Source of the DNA: Candidatus Latescibacterota bacterium
GTDB taxonomy: Bacteria; Latescibacterota; CBDEFO01
Direction: 5' to 3'
Length of the DNA stretch: 64,000 nt
Assembly (NCBI GenBank): GCA_965237525.1
Contig: CBDEFO010000004.1
Location: 32,001-96,000 of the forward strand
Part shown: in pieces, positions 63,783-64,000 of the stretch
Numbering within the stretch: position 1 is the stretch's first letter
How the letters are laid out: each line of letters opens with the position of its first letter
Made by a program: the position numbers and the translations under genes
The notes under the pieces: model-generated
What the model saw: the letters and a program-made list of their open reading frames with translations, nothing else
Databases searched by the model: none
What the model was told of the DNA's origin: nothing

Positions 63783-64000
63783 TTGACAGTTAAATGGAAG
63801 CATCCTGGCGGGAAACTCAGAGAAGAAGGTTCAGCCAGTCTTACAGAAGGAGAACTCCTCGCCATTCTGATCTCAACAGGCATTCCCGGAAGATCCGCTG
63901 AGAAAATAGCTGAAGAAGTACTCGAAAGGTTCGGTTCACTTGAAGGGCTGGCGAATCAGCCACTTGAGAAATTACTGGAGATCAAGGGCCTATCTGATGT
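63783..64000 (+). CDS. RadC/UPF0758 N-terminal domain protein, runs off the window
   Basis: manual translation WKHPGGKLREEGSASLTEGELLAILISTG...SAEKIAEEVLERFGSL...IKGLS; RBS GAGGAG. Confidence 0.8.
   Translation, partial: MTVKWKHPGGKLREEGSASLTEGELLAILISTGIPGRSAEKIAEEVLERFGSLEGLANQPLEKLLEIKGLSD

Overview
Bacterial chromosome segment, mostly moderate GC. The C-terminal dockerin/EF-hand-like domain on a heparinase is suggestive of Latescibacterota, but this is inference only. Housekeeping genes (rpe, moaA, thiD-thiN, clpP, clpX-like, tgt, yajC, fmt, xylB, eno) are interleaved with many insertion sequences: five near-identical 1519-bp IS1182 copies, three IS3-family copies, two IS1595-family elements with passenger genes, an IS481-like element, an unclassified DDE element and an IS6 remnant. 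There are also two high-GC foreign blocks and more than a dozen broken genes. Most notable: (1) a 21-25 bp palindrome (TCCCCGATAGAyTCAATCGGGGA) at about 11 loci that behaves like an ultra-short mobile element, inserted in frame in fmt, into an IS3 transposase, into REP hairpins and into itself; (2) a conserved small ORF in both IS1595 elements that shares a CATG with the transposase start and is antisense to the whole transposase leader; (3) a bacterial tetraether-synthase (Tes)-like radical SAM gene; (4) cargo between tandem IS copies bounded by matching inner target sequences, as if captured as circles; (5) duplicated 42-aa TPR arrays with a variable di-residue. No rRNA, tRNA or CRISPR array was recognised.
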